A DNA stretch of 64,000 bases, from assembly GCF_031769215.1 (NCBI RefSeq), contig NW_026781899.1, forward strand, positions 310,001 to 374,000, in the 5' to 3' direction. This stretch comes from Ylistrum balloti. Its lineage: Eukaryota. The notes beneath the pieces are model-generated. The model made no database searches. It was given only the letters and a program-made list of their open reading frames with translations, and was not told the origin of the DNA. Shown here piece by piece: positions 1-13,968 of the stretch. Positions within the stretch are counted from its first letter, which is position 1, and each line of letters begins with the position of its first letter. Both the position numbers and the translations under genes were made by a program.

Positions 1-733
1 GTATGAGATCTAATAAGACCTACCATTATTTTTATTGAGTTACATTTAAACCTATAGGAATTTCTCAAAGGAAACCAACAACCATGAGAAATCACACATT
101 TAAAGAAACAGAAAACCTTGTATATCAACATAATGTGGCATTTTATATTAAATGAATTCAATAATTTGATATGTTACAAAATTAGAAAAATCGTTCAATC
201 AATCCAATAATATATTGACAAGAGTGTAAGATTAAATTTATCATATAATCTGTATTTCTGAAAAAAGCAGCAGACTCTCACATTAATTTCCCTAAAAGAA
301 ATCTTATTTTGATGCAGATAGGATGTTTTTCTCTCTCTGAGCCAAATATGTGATGTCATCAAGCTGTTGTAAAAAGAACCTCACAGCAATTATATTCAAT
401 ACATGTGTGTCTGAGAATATTCACGACATGGTCATATGACATGACACAGGGGTGGGGACCATGCATTCCACGACGACATATGACATTAGGTAAAGAATTT
501 ATCTCTCAATAAACCACAGACATTGTTAACAAAATATCTAAATCATGGGATGGTCTTATCAAAGGAGTATAAAATAGCACTTTTTCGAAAATTCTGTTAT
601 TTGGCAATGGATGATGGCAGACTAATTTCTTTGCATGGGATTGTCATCGGATCGAAGCGGTCTTCGATGTTGATGTTAAAGCACATGTATTAGCCCTGTA
701 ACATGTAGACTGTCTACTTATGTTGGTACCTAC

Positions 734-848
734 TTGTGACTCTCTTGTAACATGGCCGCCAGCTCCTGCATCTGTGAGTACTGTTTTAGTCGGATTTGTA
801 ACATCTCCACCTCATTCCTCAGGATATCATTCTGTCGCTTAATTTCTT
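734..848 (-). CDS. CEP72: CEP72 exon 14 (coiled coil)
   Basis: EEIKRQNDILRNEVEMLQIRLKQYSQMQELAAMLQESH; 115 nt. Confidence 0.85.
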
Positions 849-924
849 CTGTAACAGAAAAGGCATCAAAAAACATCATCTACAAATTCATCATCATCAT
901 CCTGGAGAACATCATCACAAAAAG

Positions 925-972
<48 letters not shown>

Positions 973-1133
973 AATCATCTAATCATCATCATCATCTAAT
1001 CATCATCATCATAATCATCATCATAATCATCATCATTATCATCTAATCATCATAATCATCATCATAATCATCATCATCATCTAATCATCATCATCATCTA
1101 ATCATCATCATCATCTAATCATCATCATAATCT

Positions 1134-1167
<34 letters not shown>

Positions 1168-1211
1168 TAATCATCATCATTATCATCTAATCATCATCAT
1201 CATAATCATCT

Positions 1212-1242
<31 letters not shown>

Positions 1243-1368
1243 TAATCATCATCATCATCATCATCTAATCATCATCATTATCATCTAATCATCATCATCA
1301 TAATCATCTAATCATCATCATCATCATCTAATCATCATCATCTAATCATCATCTAATCATCATCATCT

Positions 1369-1425
<57 letters not shown>

Positions 1426-1745
1426 TATAATCTAATCATCATCATCATCATCATCATCATCTAATCATCATCATTATCATCTAATCATCATCATCATAAT
1501 CATCTAATCATCATCATCATCATCTAATCATCATCATCTAATCATCATCTAATCATCATCATCTAATCATCATCATCATCATCATCATCATCTACTCATC
1601 ATCATTATAATCTAATCATCATAATCATCATCATAATCTAATCATCATCATCTAATCATCATCATCATCTAATCATCATCATCATCATCATCTAATCATC
1701 ATCATCATCTAATCATCATAATCATAATCATCATCGTCGTCGTCG

Positions 1746-1794
<49 letters not shown>

Positions 1795-4700
1795 TATCAT
1801 CATCATCATCATCATCATCATCACAAATTTGATAATGCATTACAAATTGTACAATTTCTGTTGCTAGTATTAAACTTTTTTATTAACATTCACTTGCATC
1901 GTACAAAGGCAACCCATATTGAGTGCATTTTTTATTAACAAGTAACAGAATCATTATTGTAAGATGATGGTCAAACAAAGGAATTCCTATATGTCTAATT
2001 CTGAATACTGTCCACCACAATCCTTAGTGGTGGGAATATTGATCACACACTGGTTAATGACATCTCATGATGACAAATGAAATGAAAATTTTTATTTTTC
2101 ATATGTGAACCCATCATTTCAGCATAGGGACTGACCTAGGTGTGACTGGTTGACGGAAGACATGGACGTGGCTGCTGTGGAAAGTTGACCATTCTGTTGC
2201 TCCTTCAGTTTCATTTGTAGTTTACGATTTTCCCTGACAGTGTTCTGCAGCTCGTCCTTCAGGGCCTCCTAAAACAATATTTCTTCACGTTTTACAATTA
2301 GCAGTCCATAAAATCAAATTTAAATTAAATCATAACATTGTTGAATTCATATTATTGCGAAACAGATAGCAGGCAGGTTTTCCTTTAAGGAATAAACTAT
2401 TATATCTTAGGAATTTGGACACACAATGAAATGAATCCGATTGGTAATGGGGCCCTACAGAGCCAGCAGAAAGTCTGAATATTTCCAATATGAAATAAAA
2501 TATATATTTTAAAACCTTGTATGATGATAAAAATATTAATAATAACTTTTAAACATGGATTTCAACTCATATATTTTTGTCATTAACAACAGAAAAATGT
2601 TTACATGTAAAAGTCATACATGTGATAATAGGCATCAGGCTACCTGTCGGTGATCACAGAGAGACAGTGTGGGTGTATGATCTAACACAGTGTTGCATGC
2701 TTCTGTATACTTACCACAATCTTTATCCCATAAAAGGAAATGTAAAATTTTAAACTTATTGTAAATATTTTTTTTTCTTAAAATTGGTATTGTTATATAA
2801 TAAATTCACTGTGGCATGTAAAACTGTACAAGTTGAAAGTATGCAGATGAGAAAAGTTGCCGAAAAACACCATCAATTTTGTGAATACTGTGAACTTGTG
2901 TTGTTACAAGTGATTCATATATGTATTAAATTTTTCTAAATAGTTCCAAAATCCATATATCCTATCTATGGTTCAAATATTTCATTCTACGCTCGACAGT
3001 TTACAGGGTACTTTGGATTGAGAGAAGAGAGAAGTTTTGTTCTAACAAGTGTACAGATTAAAACATCAAAGTCTGAAATAATCCATATTAGCTTAATGCA
3101 TTGTTACAAAATTTTGTAAGAATATTTCTTTTTCTCCATTTGTATGGAAAGCATGGAAAGCGCTTAAATTTTTTACTTCTGCAAAAAGAAAAAAAATATC
3201 AAAATTCTCTTTCGTTCAAAGAATCACTTCAGACTATAATATATATTGTGCTGGCCTAAGAGCAGAATTGTGTAGCAATCTAGCTGAAGAAAACAAATAC
3301 AATCTAATAGAACTCTGTTTACAACAAATATACTCAATACACATGCATTATTATACCAAAAATAGCACAAAAGTCTCAGTGAGCCTGCTACTGACAATCA
3401 ATAAACTCTTGGGAAAATTATAAAATTTTGTTTTGTCCTCAACTGACAAAATGAAACAATGGATGCATACTGATATTACGCCATACACAGCATTTGAATC
3501 TTGTCTTCATTACTTAACAATTCAATAAATCTGTAGAAAAAACAGCATTTTTTATCCAAAATGTCTATTTCTATAACAACACAATCTTACTAAATTTATC
3601 CTGCGATGAGCCAAGGGACCAACACAAAACCTGCTGACTCAAAAGCCGAGGGAGTGGAATTTATAGGACAATGAAATAGCAGTGGCTTGTGGTTCTACTG
3701 AACAGCTGGCAATATATAAGGGCGGGCTTATTACCAGGAATGGGTGTAAAACTGGATAAATACAGTAATAAAAAAAATCATGCTGTGCAGAAGAAAAAGG
3801 TTGTAATAATGGTCATAATGATTAAAACATGATGGTCTATTCAATAATAGCTCATATCTGATCATGTAAACAAACAAACAAATCGCATTTGATGATACCA
3901 AAATAAAAAAAAATCAATTGAACACTGTAGCTTTGAATTTCTTTCAGGATGCTTTGAATTATGCAGATAAAGTGTAAAACAATATGTATGTAAGTAAACT
4001 CATCATGTTTTAAGACGACCAGGATCCAGTTTCTTGAAAAAACGAAACTCAGCAAAAGGCTAAAGTAGATTTTCTCAGTTTTTCCGCTATCGTAAACAAT
4101 GTTAGCACTTCCAGATCAACTAGGTTTTAACTTTTCTATTCCAATTTAAAGTATCTAATGATCATTCACAAGTTCAGAAATTTTAATGTAAATGTGAGTC
4201 AAAAGTTGAGTTGAAATTTTCTGAAAATATTTTTCCAGATTAAATGTGAGCTGAAATTTCTATGATATTGTTTAAGAAAGTGTCATAAGATTAACCGACA
4301 AAAATAGCCTTACGATGATTCAACGTTTTTGCTAAGTTTGTTTTACCAAGAATTGGATAAGACTAGAGAGTAAGACAACATACATTGTCTTTGTAAGCTT
4401 GATGCAAAGAGGTTTTTAGTTGACTCTCATTCACCGTGCTGTCTGCGAGTGTGTTGCGGGTGATTTCTTCTCTTTTTCTCAACTTAAAGTTCTCTTCACG
4501 GATGTGTGCTAAATCACTTTCCACCTTACTCAAATCATCACCATAATTTCTGGCAAAGTTGTCTATAAGTTCATATGCAAGACCTTGAAAATATGAAAAC
4601 ATTACATTCTTAATTATTACCTTGATGTGATTGGTAGATGTAAAACACAGATTTTAAAAGTATCTTTGCATTAACATAAAACCACCTTAAGAGTCATATA

Positions 4701-7700
4701 TTAAAAATGAAATTTAAACAAATTTACTTTGCAAACGAAACTTTTCTGAAGAAGTTTTGACAATCAAATCAATTTTTCTTTGCTCCTTTGTAACGATAAA
4801 ACTCTAACCTTCTATTTCTTTGAGAACACTTCTGTTTGTTTGTATTTCTACATCTAATAAAATGCAGATCCTCAAAGCTCACCTCTAAATTTGATATTTT
4901 TATGTAGTGACTTTGATCCATTCCAATATCTATCAACAATGTCAAGTAATTTTGAAAGTAATTCTTTTGATCTAGAGTTCTCTCCCTTCATGGTTCCATT
5001 TGAGACATGTTGTTCGTTTGACCTCAATGACCTGAGGTCATCCACTGACCGATCTGCTCGTCTCATCCCTAAATCTTCCATTGAATCATGATGCTGGGAA
5101 AAAAACAAACAAGTCTATTATCTGACAGCTAATAACCTGTCAAAGTCAAAATAATAATTTTGAATTTTGAAAAATATCTACAAGAAGACAATATGGCGAA
5201 TTACAGTATTTCACCAACAAACCATCTTATCAAGGTGAATCCATATCCCAAGTTTGAAGTTCCAGTGACCAGCTTTGTAGAATATAGAGCTGGGACAAAC
5301 TTTTCCATGGATGTTGGTCAAAGGCTAAAATGTAGATCAGCATGATCTACTTTTGATTTATGACAAACAATCTCACATTTGCTAAATATGAAGTTCCAAT
5401 GAAGAGTAGAGTCGGAGAGCCCTGACAAGATAGCGTATGGACAAACACAACAGGAAACTATAGTCCCCTCTCCTTCCCCTGATTGCCAGTGGATGACTAA
5501 TAAGGATTATTTTGTAAATATCAAATGACTGTTTGAAAAAAACAAAATTACTATACACAAGATTTTTGCTTCAGTGTTATATTTGTGGTTTTCTGTCAGA
5601 AAATAATTTGGGAGACAGATTTATGTCGCTAACTTATCCTAATATTTCATTCTTGTTTATTGGTTATTTAAAATACAATTTGGAATGAAAATAAAATTTC
5701 TATGAAATAATTTTCCGATTCGCTCTTGCAGAATCTTACACTGCAAATTTGTCACTACACAAACTTTAGTTTTGTTAATGTTGATATGATCGCCTACAAC
5801 ACCAATACTTTACCTGGTAGAAAAAAACATCTGACAGATTGAGAAACACATTGCTTTGTTTTCAAGGAATCAATGCAAATACCATCAAAATTTTCCCAAC
5901 ACATTATGGAAGAATTTTTCTGATTTCTATATGCAGATCATATAAATCTAGGATAAAACAAATTGTTCTGTCTAATTTTCACTGATGTATTCCAAACCGT
6001 CAACAGCAATCTACATTATAAATTGAATTTTTGTTATGAGCCGATACCTCCTTTCTAGGTGATGGCTGACTATTTGACCTCTGATGACCTTGTGGTGACT
6101 CCTCCTCCCCAAATGATCTTCGCCTTTCTGTGGGCACCCGAGGGGGTCCTGGGTAGGGATCTCGCTCTGTCTGGACCTGGGAGGTATTGCCATTTCCATT
6201 TCTTGCTTGTTCTGTAGAAGAGGATATTTCTTTACTATACAACGTAACAATATATTTCCATGGGGCACAAATTCCTTACTTTTCCAAAAAAAAAAAAAAA
6301 AACCCGCAATAAATCCACTAAAAACCCCACAATAAATCCACTTTTGCACAATTTTATAGTTCATAGACATGTATGTATTTATGGATTTAGAGAATCAATG
6401 AAATCAACAAAAATGAATTCCACATTAAAATGACTTTTCAGTACTCACACTTCAATCTTCAATAATCCCCAGGGGCCAAAACATAACTCCAATTCCAAGA
6501 GTGAACTTAACACAGGTTAACAAGATATCATTTGTTGTTAAAACACTAAATTAGATTGGGCTTATTGCCAGAAAAAACATGTTTTTTTTCTTTATTTTTA
6601 AGTAAAATTATTCATATGTATCGATTTTGAATAAAATTCCCAATCAAGCAGGTGAGGATTAAATATATCATTCATCTTGTTGCGTTAAAAAGTTTTGACC
6701 AATTTTACCAGAAATAAAATGAAGGACTAAATTGATGAAATGCTTTCACGGTACTAGAGATATAAAAAAAAGTCTTACCTTGATTTGGGTTGGCTGTGAA
6801 GTAGCCATGGCTTTTGAATTTACTGTAGGCATCTACTTCATCCTGATATTGTAGGTTCTCATCCTTCCTAGAGTTGTAAACAGAAAAACATATGACATAC
6901 ATTAATAAAAGCATCAAAATATCGGTCATCCTGCTACAATTTCTACTTGTTTCACTGCATATTTGTAAGAAACATTCATACAACTGGACAAATTGTAGGA
7001 TGAATATTCTTGATCAAATTCAATGTCAGTATATTCTCAAATCAAAAATTCAAATAAAAGTTTGACTATTGTACACATATATATCTAAGTTCTTGGTAAT
7101 CTTATCTAAAGCAACATGGTTGCACTAATTTCAGCTTTTGTTCGTTGTTAATATAGCAATTATTGTGAATGTGAAAACTGATATTCAGCTAAAATTCGAA
7201 CACGCTTACACCCCAAAATAAGTACTTTTACAGCATATCCAAACAGAAGCCGAGACCTAATTCATAATTGATGAATATTGATCTGACAGCTATCACTGTC
7301 TAACCTCTCACGATGTCTATCTTCTGTCCCAGTCACCGTCAGTGAAGGAATATTCGGGTATTTCATCCTATAGGCTTCCTCCATGCTTCCTGGGCGAGGC
7401 TTGGGAGCAGGTTCCTCCTGTGAACCAACAGACAGGTATTGCATAACCACATGTTTTCATGAACTTAAGCTATTCTAACCCTATTTCTAACATGATTTCA
7501 TAAGTGTTATATTTCATTGTTAATTTATTTGCAAGGAAAAATTTATTTAGAAAAATCAAGATTCAATTTCCTTGAATATTAACTAACCTCCCTTTTATCG
7601 TCTGTTGGTCCACCATCCAAGCTTTTCAACACTGAAATCAAGAGAGGCAGAATGTGTACGAGACCAAGTCTTATGGAACATGTATACAGACATAAGTTTA

Positions 7701-7771
7701 TGATCATTCATTTAGTTAGCATGTTTTACATCTACTATTCCGGCCTTTTGACTTTTCAGCAGATGAGAGGT

Positions 7772-7807
<36 letters not shown>

Positions 7808-10800
7808 CGGAATACATTTGTCGTGTTGATTTCATTTTTTCAACTATTTAATCGATACACAAAGCATCTTTAAGTTACATCTATATATATATCAGTACCT
7901 ACCCCTAGTATATTTTACACTCAAAATGTCAAGTCCAAATACGTACAGTAATCTGTATGTGTTCATTTCTATAAATAGTACTTGTAATGTACTATTGAAC
8001 ACCAAGTGTCTACTGTAATCCACTATTAATGCTATTTTGATTACATCAGCAACTGTCCATTATATGTGAGTAAATGTCTTTTACCCACTGAATTTATTAT
8101 CATATTAAATTTAGTATACAGTGCATAATAGGTTAGACATTAATGCCGAGTCTAATTTTAGTGTTTTATGCCTGTTTTTGTAGAGTTCAACTATCAGTTT
8201 GTTTTAAGATGTCGCCTGTGTAATAAATAAAACAGTCACCTGAACTCCCAGATTGTTTCGGGCATTTTTTCTATAAAGAATTATCATGCTGCCTCAGAGC
8301 CTCAGTGACAACTGAACTCATGACTGCTTGCTCATAGTGCTATTTCATGCTTGTTAAAACTTATCTCTGTTAACCAAAGCCTTCCAGTGTCATGTTATAA
8401 TGTATTACTCCGTTAAAGGTATAATGTCACTGTATCATTACATTAGGTAAGTCTCTTGTAGTATAAACATGCATCTTACATTTTGTTTGGTCAGTGAACC
8501 AAGATAAATGTAAAACCTGTCAATCAAGCAATTTTATCTCTGTCTTTATTCTAGAAAATATGCATTTGATACATTACAGGCAAATTAATCATTAATTTGT
8601 ATATTTTTGAAATCTTATATACCTTGTACCGATCCTCTACCTGAAAAGTACAATACTTTGGTAAATTAACCTGTAACTAGGCCTACAATTAGATCAGAGG
8701 AGATTTTCATTCTGAACCAACCATTCCTGTCTAATGGAGACTTCACAACCAAACAAGACTACATGTACTTAAATACCTTGTGTTAAAGGGGAGACAATTT
8801 CTATCATTTATCAATGAAAGATGTACATTTGTACATTTCACTAGCCAGCTAGCTCAGGAAATGTTCCAACATTGTAACATTAAAGTTTGCAATTTTATTT
8901 AATAGCAACATTATGAAAACAGTCTTTTGTAAAATTTTGGGTTCACCTATAACTTTGCATTAAACTAAAAAAATAGGTGTGATTGTTTAGGAGAGTGTAT
9001 TTCCTATTAATAAAGTTCAGTTATTTTATGATCAGCAACCAATCTGTGAAGTTTCCCAGGTCTTAACAGCTTGTTTTATTGTAACTGATGAATCAGTGAT
9101 ACCTTCTAGAGAGTAGTCCTCTGCCGTGGGTTCCCTGGCAGCCGAACCAGTTACGGTTCGAGGTCTACTAAGATCACCGCCTGTCCTGGCAATCAGGTCC
9201 AGCACTGCCACATCATCATCATCTAGGGCTAGGATAGAAATCAATCAACAAACCTTACTATATATTCACTGACTAATAGTCTCTATCATTTTACATCTCA
9301 ATATTAACATTTTGACCTGCCTCCTTCCTTCAGAGAATGCATTATACTGCATGCATGATCTCATTTACCAGTAAAGAATATTAACCTTTGAATCAAAACC
9401 TTCATAAACAGACGTCTCAAAAGATGCTGGGGAAACAAAGACTTCAAATTATGGTACAAAGACACTGAAAATGTCTTGTCTTGAAAACAGTTCAGCTAGA
9501 AATGTTATGAAAATCACCTGAGGCTTACAATAAATAAACATTTATGTCTTTTAGTTATTTGACATCCACTTAAGTTTTTACCTTTGAAAGGATGCATTAA
9601 ACCACAAAAAAAATACCCACCAATATTTCATGTTATACAGTATAACTTATACTACAATGATCCATAATACTGATTGCAATGGATGGCAGACAAATGAAAA
9701 ACTCATCAAATGATTTCAATACTCCACTAATGAAATTCTTTTTATAGACAGAATTATAACACAGCATAATTTGAATTTTAAATTGGCTTTCGAATTTGAA
9801 AATGAAGCAAACTTTCAGTTTATATATGAAAAGTATTTGTGTGAAGTATCAGCAATTTCCATGGGGCTCATTTGTTTTTTTTTTTAACAAAATAAAACTG
9901 TTTGATTTCGTAAATAGAGTTCAATTAAAACTGTTTGTTTGATTTTAACAGTTCCTTAACAAATGAATTTTTGGATTAAGAGCATCCATGAAATCCATGA
10001 CTTTAAAACTCCCTCAAAAATCCAGGCTTTCATAGTATAAAATACATATTTATAAAGGGCTTACCGGTCATCCCCTTTCCCATGCCCCGTACCATCTCTG
10101 CCCGAGGATGGGGTGGTTTTGGTGGAGGTTCTCCATTACTTGGCTGGACTGATATCTCTACTGCCTGGCTGGAGCTGAAGTGGACGAGGGCTGCATTTCT
10201 TTCTCTGTCTCTCACTCCGCGGTCATCTGGACAAAACACAACAAGCTAATCTAAGATTCCATTCCACATGACTTTCAGAAGCAAGCTTCACTAAATATCA
10301 TATGAAATGGGCAAATAATAAAGAAATTTAATCAGAAAAAAAGGGAAATAATCTTTATTTCACAACAATTTTTTAAAACTTTTTCCAACTAATAATAAAC
10401 ACGTTTGTTGGCCCCAATGGAATTGCATGAGGGGGTCTTACTATGAGAGGAAACTAGAGTACCCAGAGAAAACCTGCATGGTCAGGCAGGAGACTTTGCC
10501 ATGTATGCTAATTACTTCCATCAAAACTGACCTAGTTTCTGAAGGTTGGGGAGCATGTGTATGAGGTATAGTCGGTAGTCAGGTTCCGTGCGAGTGACAG
10601 GATTCAGTCTTAGATCGAGTTCCTTGAGGCCAGTGTTGAATCTTAAGCGCTTCAGCTCGTCCATGGTTTCTATCCCGTTGTAGTAGCTTGTGGTTTGTGT
10701 CAAGGATGTTTTTTTAATGATGAAGTTCACAGAAAAACAGGCAACACTTGACCACAATCAGGTCATTCTCAATACACCAGAGAACAAAATATTATCATAA

Positions 10801-13079
10801 TAGCTCTATATCTAAATATTTCTGGAATGAACAGCATTTGTCAAGCTGGTTAAACAGTTCACACCACTATAAAAGAAAGGAAACAGACCAGGAGAGTACT
10901 CACTCAATTTCTCAAATGTGTAGCATGTATATGCCAAGGGGAGATAACCCAAGTAAAGGACTGGAAAGAATGACACTTATGTATAAAGCCTATTAACTTT
11001 ACACTCTTTCTGACAATTTACAAGTAAAGATCAGTGATTATTTCTATAACTTTAACATGTGTACTTTAAACTTGATTATATGAGGGCACATATGTATTCA
11101 CAAGTTACATTATAACTATAATAACTAAAACATAACTATAGCTATATTATATATAGTACCGGACAAGGATACAGATTCAGTCTCTCCAACAACTTCAGAT
11201 GTTCCATTCCCTGTTGGGTGTAAATATCAGGCAAATTATCATCAAAATGTTCTAAACATTGTGTCTATAGAATATATATATCACAAGTGAACTCAACTTA
11301 AGCACCATATTCCCAGTTCTTAAAATCATATACAAAATATGGTGTTCAGTTTCAATTGAATCCTGTGAGAAAATAACACAGCAATATATTTGAAAAGTGA
11401 ATACTGATTTTTATTTTTTAGAATGTCTCAAATGAACCATATACAAAGTTTTTAATTTAAAAATAGTGTTATGTTTAAATATTCACCAGCACATCGATAT
11501 AATATAAAATTATCTACTATATATATATATAAAAAAAATACAAGACATGTTTCTATCATCCTTAATCTGAAAACATTTATGTACCTGTAAGCATGTTAAG
11601 GCGTTCCTGGAGAGATCAAGACTTTTCAGACGAGAAAACTTCCTTAGCGAGTTCCCTAGACTGACAACTTTCTCATGGTAGGTTCCCGGGAGTGACAGAG
11701 CCTTCACATCCTCTGTAATATATACAATTCACTGTATTTTCTGCAGGTTTTAGAAATGACACAAATCAATATATTATGTTTAATAATTGACATTATAAAT
11801 AACTCAATTAACAGTAATTAGAATATTATGAATAAAAGATGATCAGATATCAGCATTGGTCATTTTGAGTACCTGAGGCTGATGGTGTTCATTTAGCAAT
11901 ATTGTGTAAACAAAACTTTAAGCCCAATTAGATGTACTACAGCAGTAGATTGGTTAAATCAACATTTGAAAAGTCTGTTTATAATACTGGAAAAGTACTC
12001 ATCATGACCTATTTATAATTGTTGGCCCGAGTGGAAGTGTGTGAGGTGTCTTTTTGGGGAGGAAAGTAGAGTACCTGAAGAAATCTATGTGGTTGGAAAG
12101 GTAACCCCCATACTTTTTCATGTCTGTTCCTGGAATCAAATCGCGCCCTCCGACCATCTGGTCCCATATAATATTACTGGGATGATCCTATTATATATGT
12201 CTATATCAATGTCAAAATCAATCATTCCCCACAAATGCTCTGTCATATCAGAGCTCAGCTGGGAATCCATAATGTACCAATATTGATACAAAGATTTGAA
12301 AGTGAGTAAAATTCATTCTCCATGTCATGTGTATCAGGGGAGATAATCTGAATATTTTTTTTGTACATGTGACAAAGAATATTTACATTCTTCATGATCA
12401 ATGAGTGTTAGCCATTTTAAATATAACATTTTCTAACATGATTTGTACTTCAAGCTGTTATCTAATGAGTAAGGCTGGTCTTTATTTCAGATGTCTATCC
12501 ACTATCATGAATTCATCTACAAGTCCACCGGAGAAAATTGGTTGAATTTATAACTGAAAGTTAATGAAGATAAGGATAAAGCTCGATAACGTATCCATTG
12601 CTCACATAATAAACCCTTTGAAGATCATATCATATATACTGGTCAATGTGATTTACGATGTAGCACTGTCAGTAACCTGACATCCACGCGCTAAACATGT
12701 TTCGACTTGCAAATTTCCTCCAACTGTCAAAGTCAGTGACAAGGGTTCCAGCATGAAGCATTCGCAACGAAAACTAACGAGTGATCCAAAAAAATTTTTT
12801 TCAAGTAGAATAAAATCAAAACATGCTAAAAATTAATTAATTTGCCATTGATCGATGAAAAAGCACTTGCAATGCAAACTTATTCTGCAAAGCACTCGTT
12901 CGAACATGATTTCAAACATGACCAAATGAGAGTTTTCAAATCCTTGATAAATGTGACAAGTTATTCATGAGCTAAATAAACTAATGTGAATTACTTTCTA
13001 CATTACCTAGATTATCATGTTGCAGATTCACTCGATTTCGGATGATTTCCTCCGTCAAAGTGAGTGCTTCGTTAGCCAT
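734..13079 (-). CDS. CEP72: Centrosomal protein of 72 kDa (CEP72/LRRC36 family), multi-exon gene span; 3' end not resolved in window
   Basis: 14 phase-compatible GT-AG exons. N-terminal LRR region (LSLPGTYHEKVVSLGNSL..LKSLDLSRNAL; LDLRLNPVTRTEPDYRLYLIHMLPNLQKLDDR), LLDIVDRYWNGSKSLH and C-terminal coiled coil MLQESH match my recollection of CEP72. Confidence 0.92.
864..1824. repeat. Compound (ATC)n microsatellite, about 950 bp
   Basis: ATC runs with TAATC/ATAATC interruptions. Confidence 0.97.
2136..2268 (-). CDS. CEP72: CEP72 exon 13 (coiled coil)
   Basis: EALKDELQNTVRENRKLQMKLKEQQ...; 133 nt, phase 0 to 1. Confidence 0.8.
4384..4583 (-). CDS. CEP72: CEP72 exon 12 (coiled coil)
   Basis: GLAYELIDNFARNYGDDLSKVESDLAHIREENFKLRK...; 200 nt, donor GTATGT. 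Confidence 0.82.
4883..5093 (-). CDS. CEP72: CEP72 exon 11
   Basis: HHDSMEDL...LLSKLLDIVDRYWNGSKSLHKNIKFR; donor GTGAG. Confidence 0.85.
6048..6211 (-). CDS. CEP72: CEP72 exon 10
   Basis: EQARNGNGNTSQVQ...RSNSQPSPRKE; 164 nt; the acceptor choice is inferred. Confidence 0.65.
6779..6867 (-). CDS. CEP72: CEP72 exon 9
   Basis: KDENLQYQDEVDAYSKFKSHGYFTANPNQ; donor GTAAG, 89 nt. Confidence 0.8.
7305..7417 (-). CDS. CEP72: CEP72 exon 8
   Basis: EEPAPKPRPGSMEEAYRMKYPNIPSL...; 113 nt. Confidence 0.75.
7588..7631 (-). CDS. CEP72: CEP72 exon 7
   Basis: VLKSLDGGPTDDKRE; 44 nt, phase fits both neighbours. Confidence 0.7.
9103..9228 (-). CDS. CEP72: CEP72 exon 6
   Basis: ALDDDDVAVLDLIARTGGDLSRPR...; 126 nt, phase 1-1. 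Confidence 0.8.
10065..10226 (-). CDS. CEP72: CEP72 exon 5
   Basis: DDRGVRDRERNAALVHFSSSQ...; 162 nt, donor GTAAG. Confidence 0.88.
10532..10686 (-). CDS. CEP72: CEP72 exon 4 (LRR cap)
   Basis: YYNGIETMDELKRLRFNTGLKELDLRLNPVTRTEPDYRLYLIHMLPNLQKL; 155 nt. Confidence 0.92.
11173..11210 (-). CDS. CEP72: CEP72 exon 3
   Basis: GMEHLKLLERLNL; 38 nt, phase 0 to 2. Confidence 0.85.
11585..11712 (-). CDS. CEP72: CEP72 exon 2 (LRR)
   Basis: EDVKALSLPGTYHEKVVSLGNSLRKFSRLKSLDLSRNALTCLQ; AG/GT bounded, 128 nt. Confidence 0.9.
13007..13079 (-). CDS. CEP72: CEP72 exon 1 (MANEALTLTEEIIRNRVNLQHDNL)
   Basis: ATG at 13079, donor G|GTAATG, 73 nt, phase 1. Confidence 0.85.
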
Positions 13080-13417
13080 GTTTGTTTTCAAAACACCCGG
13101 ACAGAAATGTACTGAACACGAGCTGATTCGCATAGAGGTATGTGAACGAGGCTGTATCAGCTGTATTGGCTGCATCTAAACTCATTAACGGATTCGATCA
13201 TGAATGAAACGATTTTGCATAAATAACTTTTTTTTTTACTTTTGAAATATTTTACATAAATAAACAGTCACATTATTTAAACATGTGTACATTTCCATTC
13301 AGACTATCATACATTCATCATTATTTTTATAGTCATCAGCATACTTGATCGTCATCTCAATTGCATGAAACATCATCGTCGTCATTATGCATTTGTGGCC
13401 ATAACACTACTGTCCAC

Positions 13418-13448
13418 TAGAGACTTATATATCACATATACGTCTCTG
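13418..13448. mobile_element. 31-bp palindromic TIR remnant with 7-bp TSD TGTCCAC
   Basis: TGTCCAC-TAGAGACTTATATATCACATATACGTCTCTG-TGTCCAC. Confidence 0.7.
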
Positions 13449-13934
13449 TGTCCACTAACCTTTTCTCGATCCCTCTGAAATCAATTGCAGACATGGATGA
13501 CAAAATCGAAAATTTTCATATTCTTGGTCTAAAATGTTGAAGGCGTGTCCAATTGTTTGTTTGCAATCTATTCTTCTTTAAGTCCAAATTGCGATACCAA
13601 ATAAATGTATCTGAAATCGACATTTTTGCTTTTATATGTTAATAAAACGTTAACAACACGTCATTGAGTCAAACATTCGGGTCATCTCGGCATTTAATAA
13701 GAGATCCAAGGGCATCATAATTCGCCGCCATCTATATATGTCCCCTCCGGAAAACATGATAATACACAAAAATAATAAAATAAATTAAAGAACGCTCAAT
13801 CCCGCTGGTGGAACTTGAGAAGAAGTTTGAAATGTCAAAAGTTTACGCACGATGGACGGCGCACGATAAAACAAAACAAAACAAACAAATTATGCTTTAA
13901 ATGCTCTTAAGTTTTCAAAATTTATTGGAGTAAT

Positions 13935-13968
13935 CAGAGACGTATATAACGTGTTATATACGTCTCTG
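13935..13968. mobile_element. 34-bp palindromic TIR remnant with 7-bp TSD GAGTAAT
   Basis: 16-bp perfect inverted repeat CAGAGACGTATATAAC around a GT centre. Confidence 0.78.

Noticed and set aside
2640-2700. Splice-like segment in a CEP72 intron
   Set aside because: Phase-0 entry hits a stop codon, and exons 12 and 13 already join in frame.
6011-6370. 119-aa minus ORF overlapping CEP72 exon 10
   Set aside because: Alternative frame; the other frame fits both the stronger acceptor and the downstream phase.
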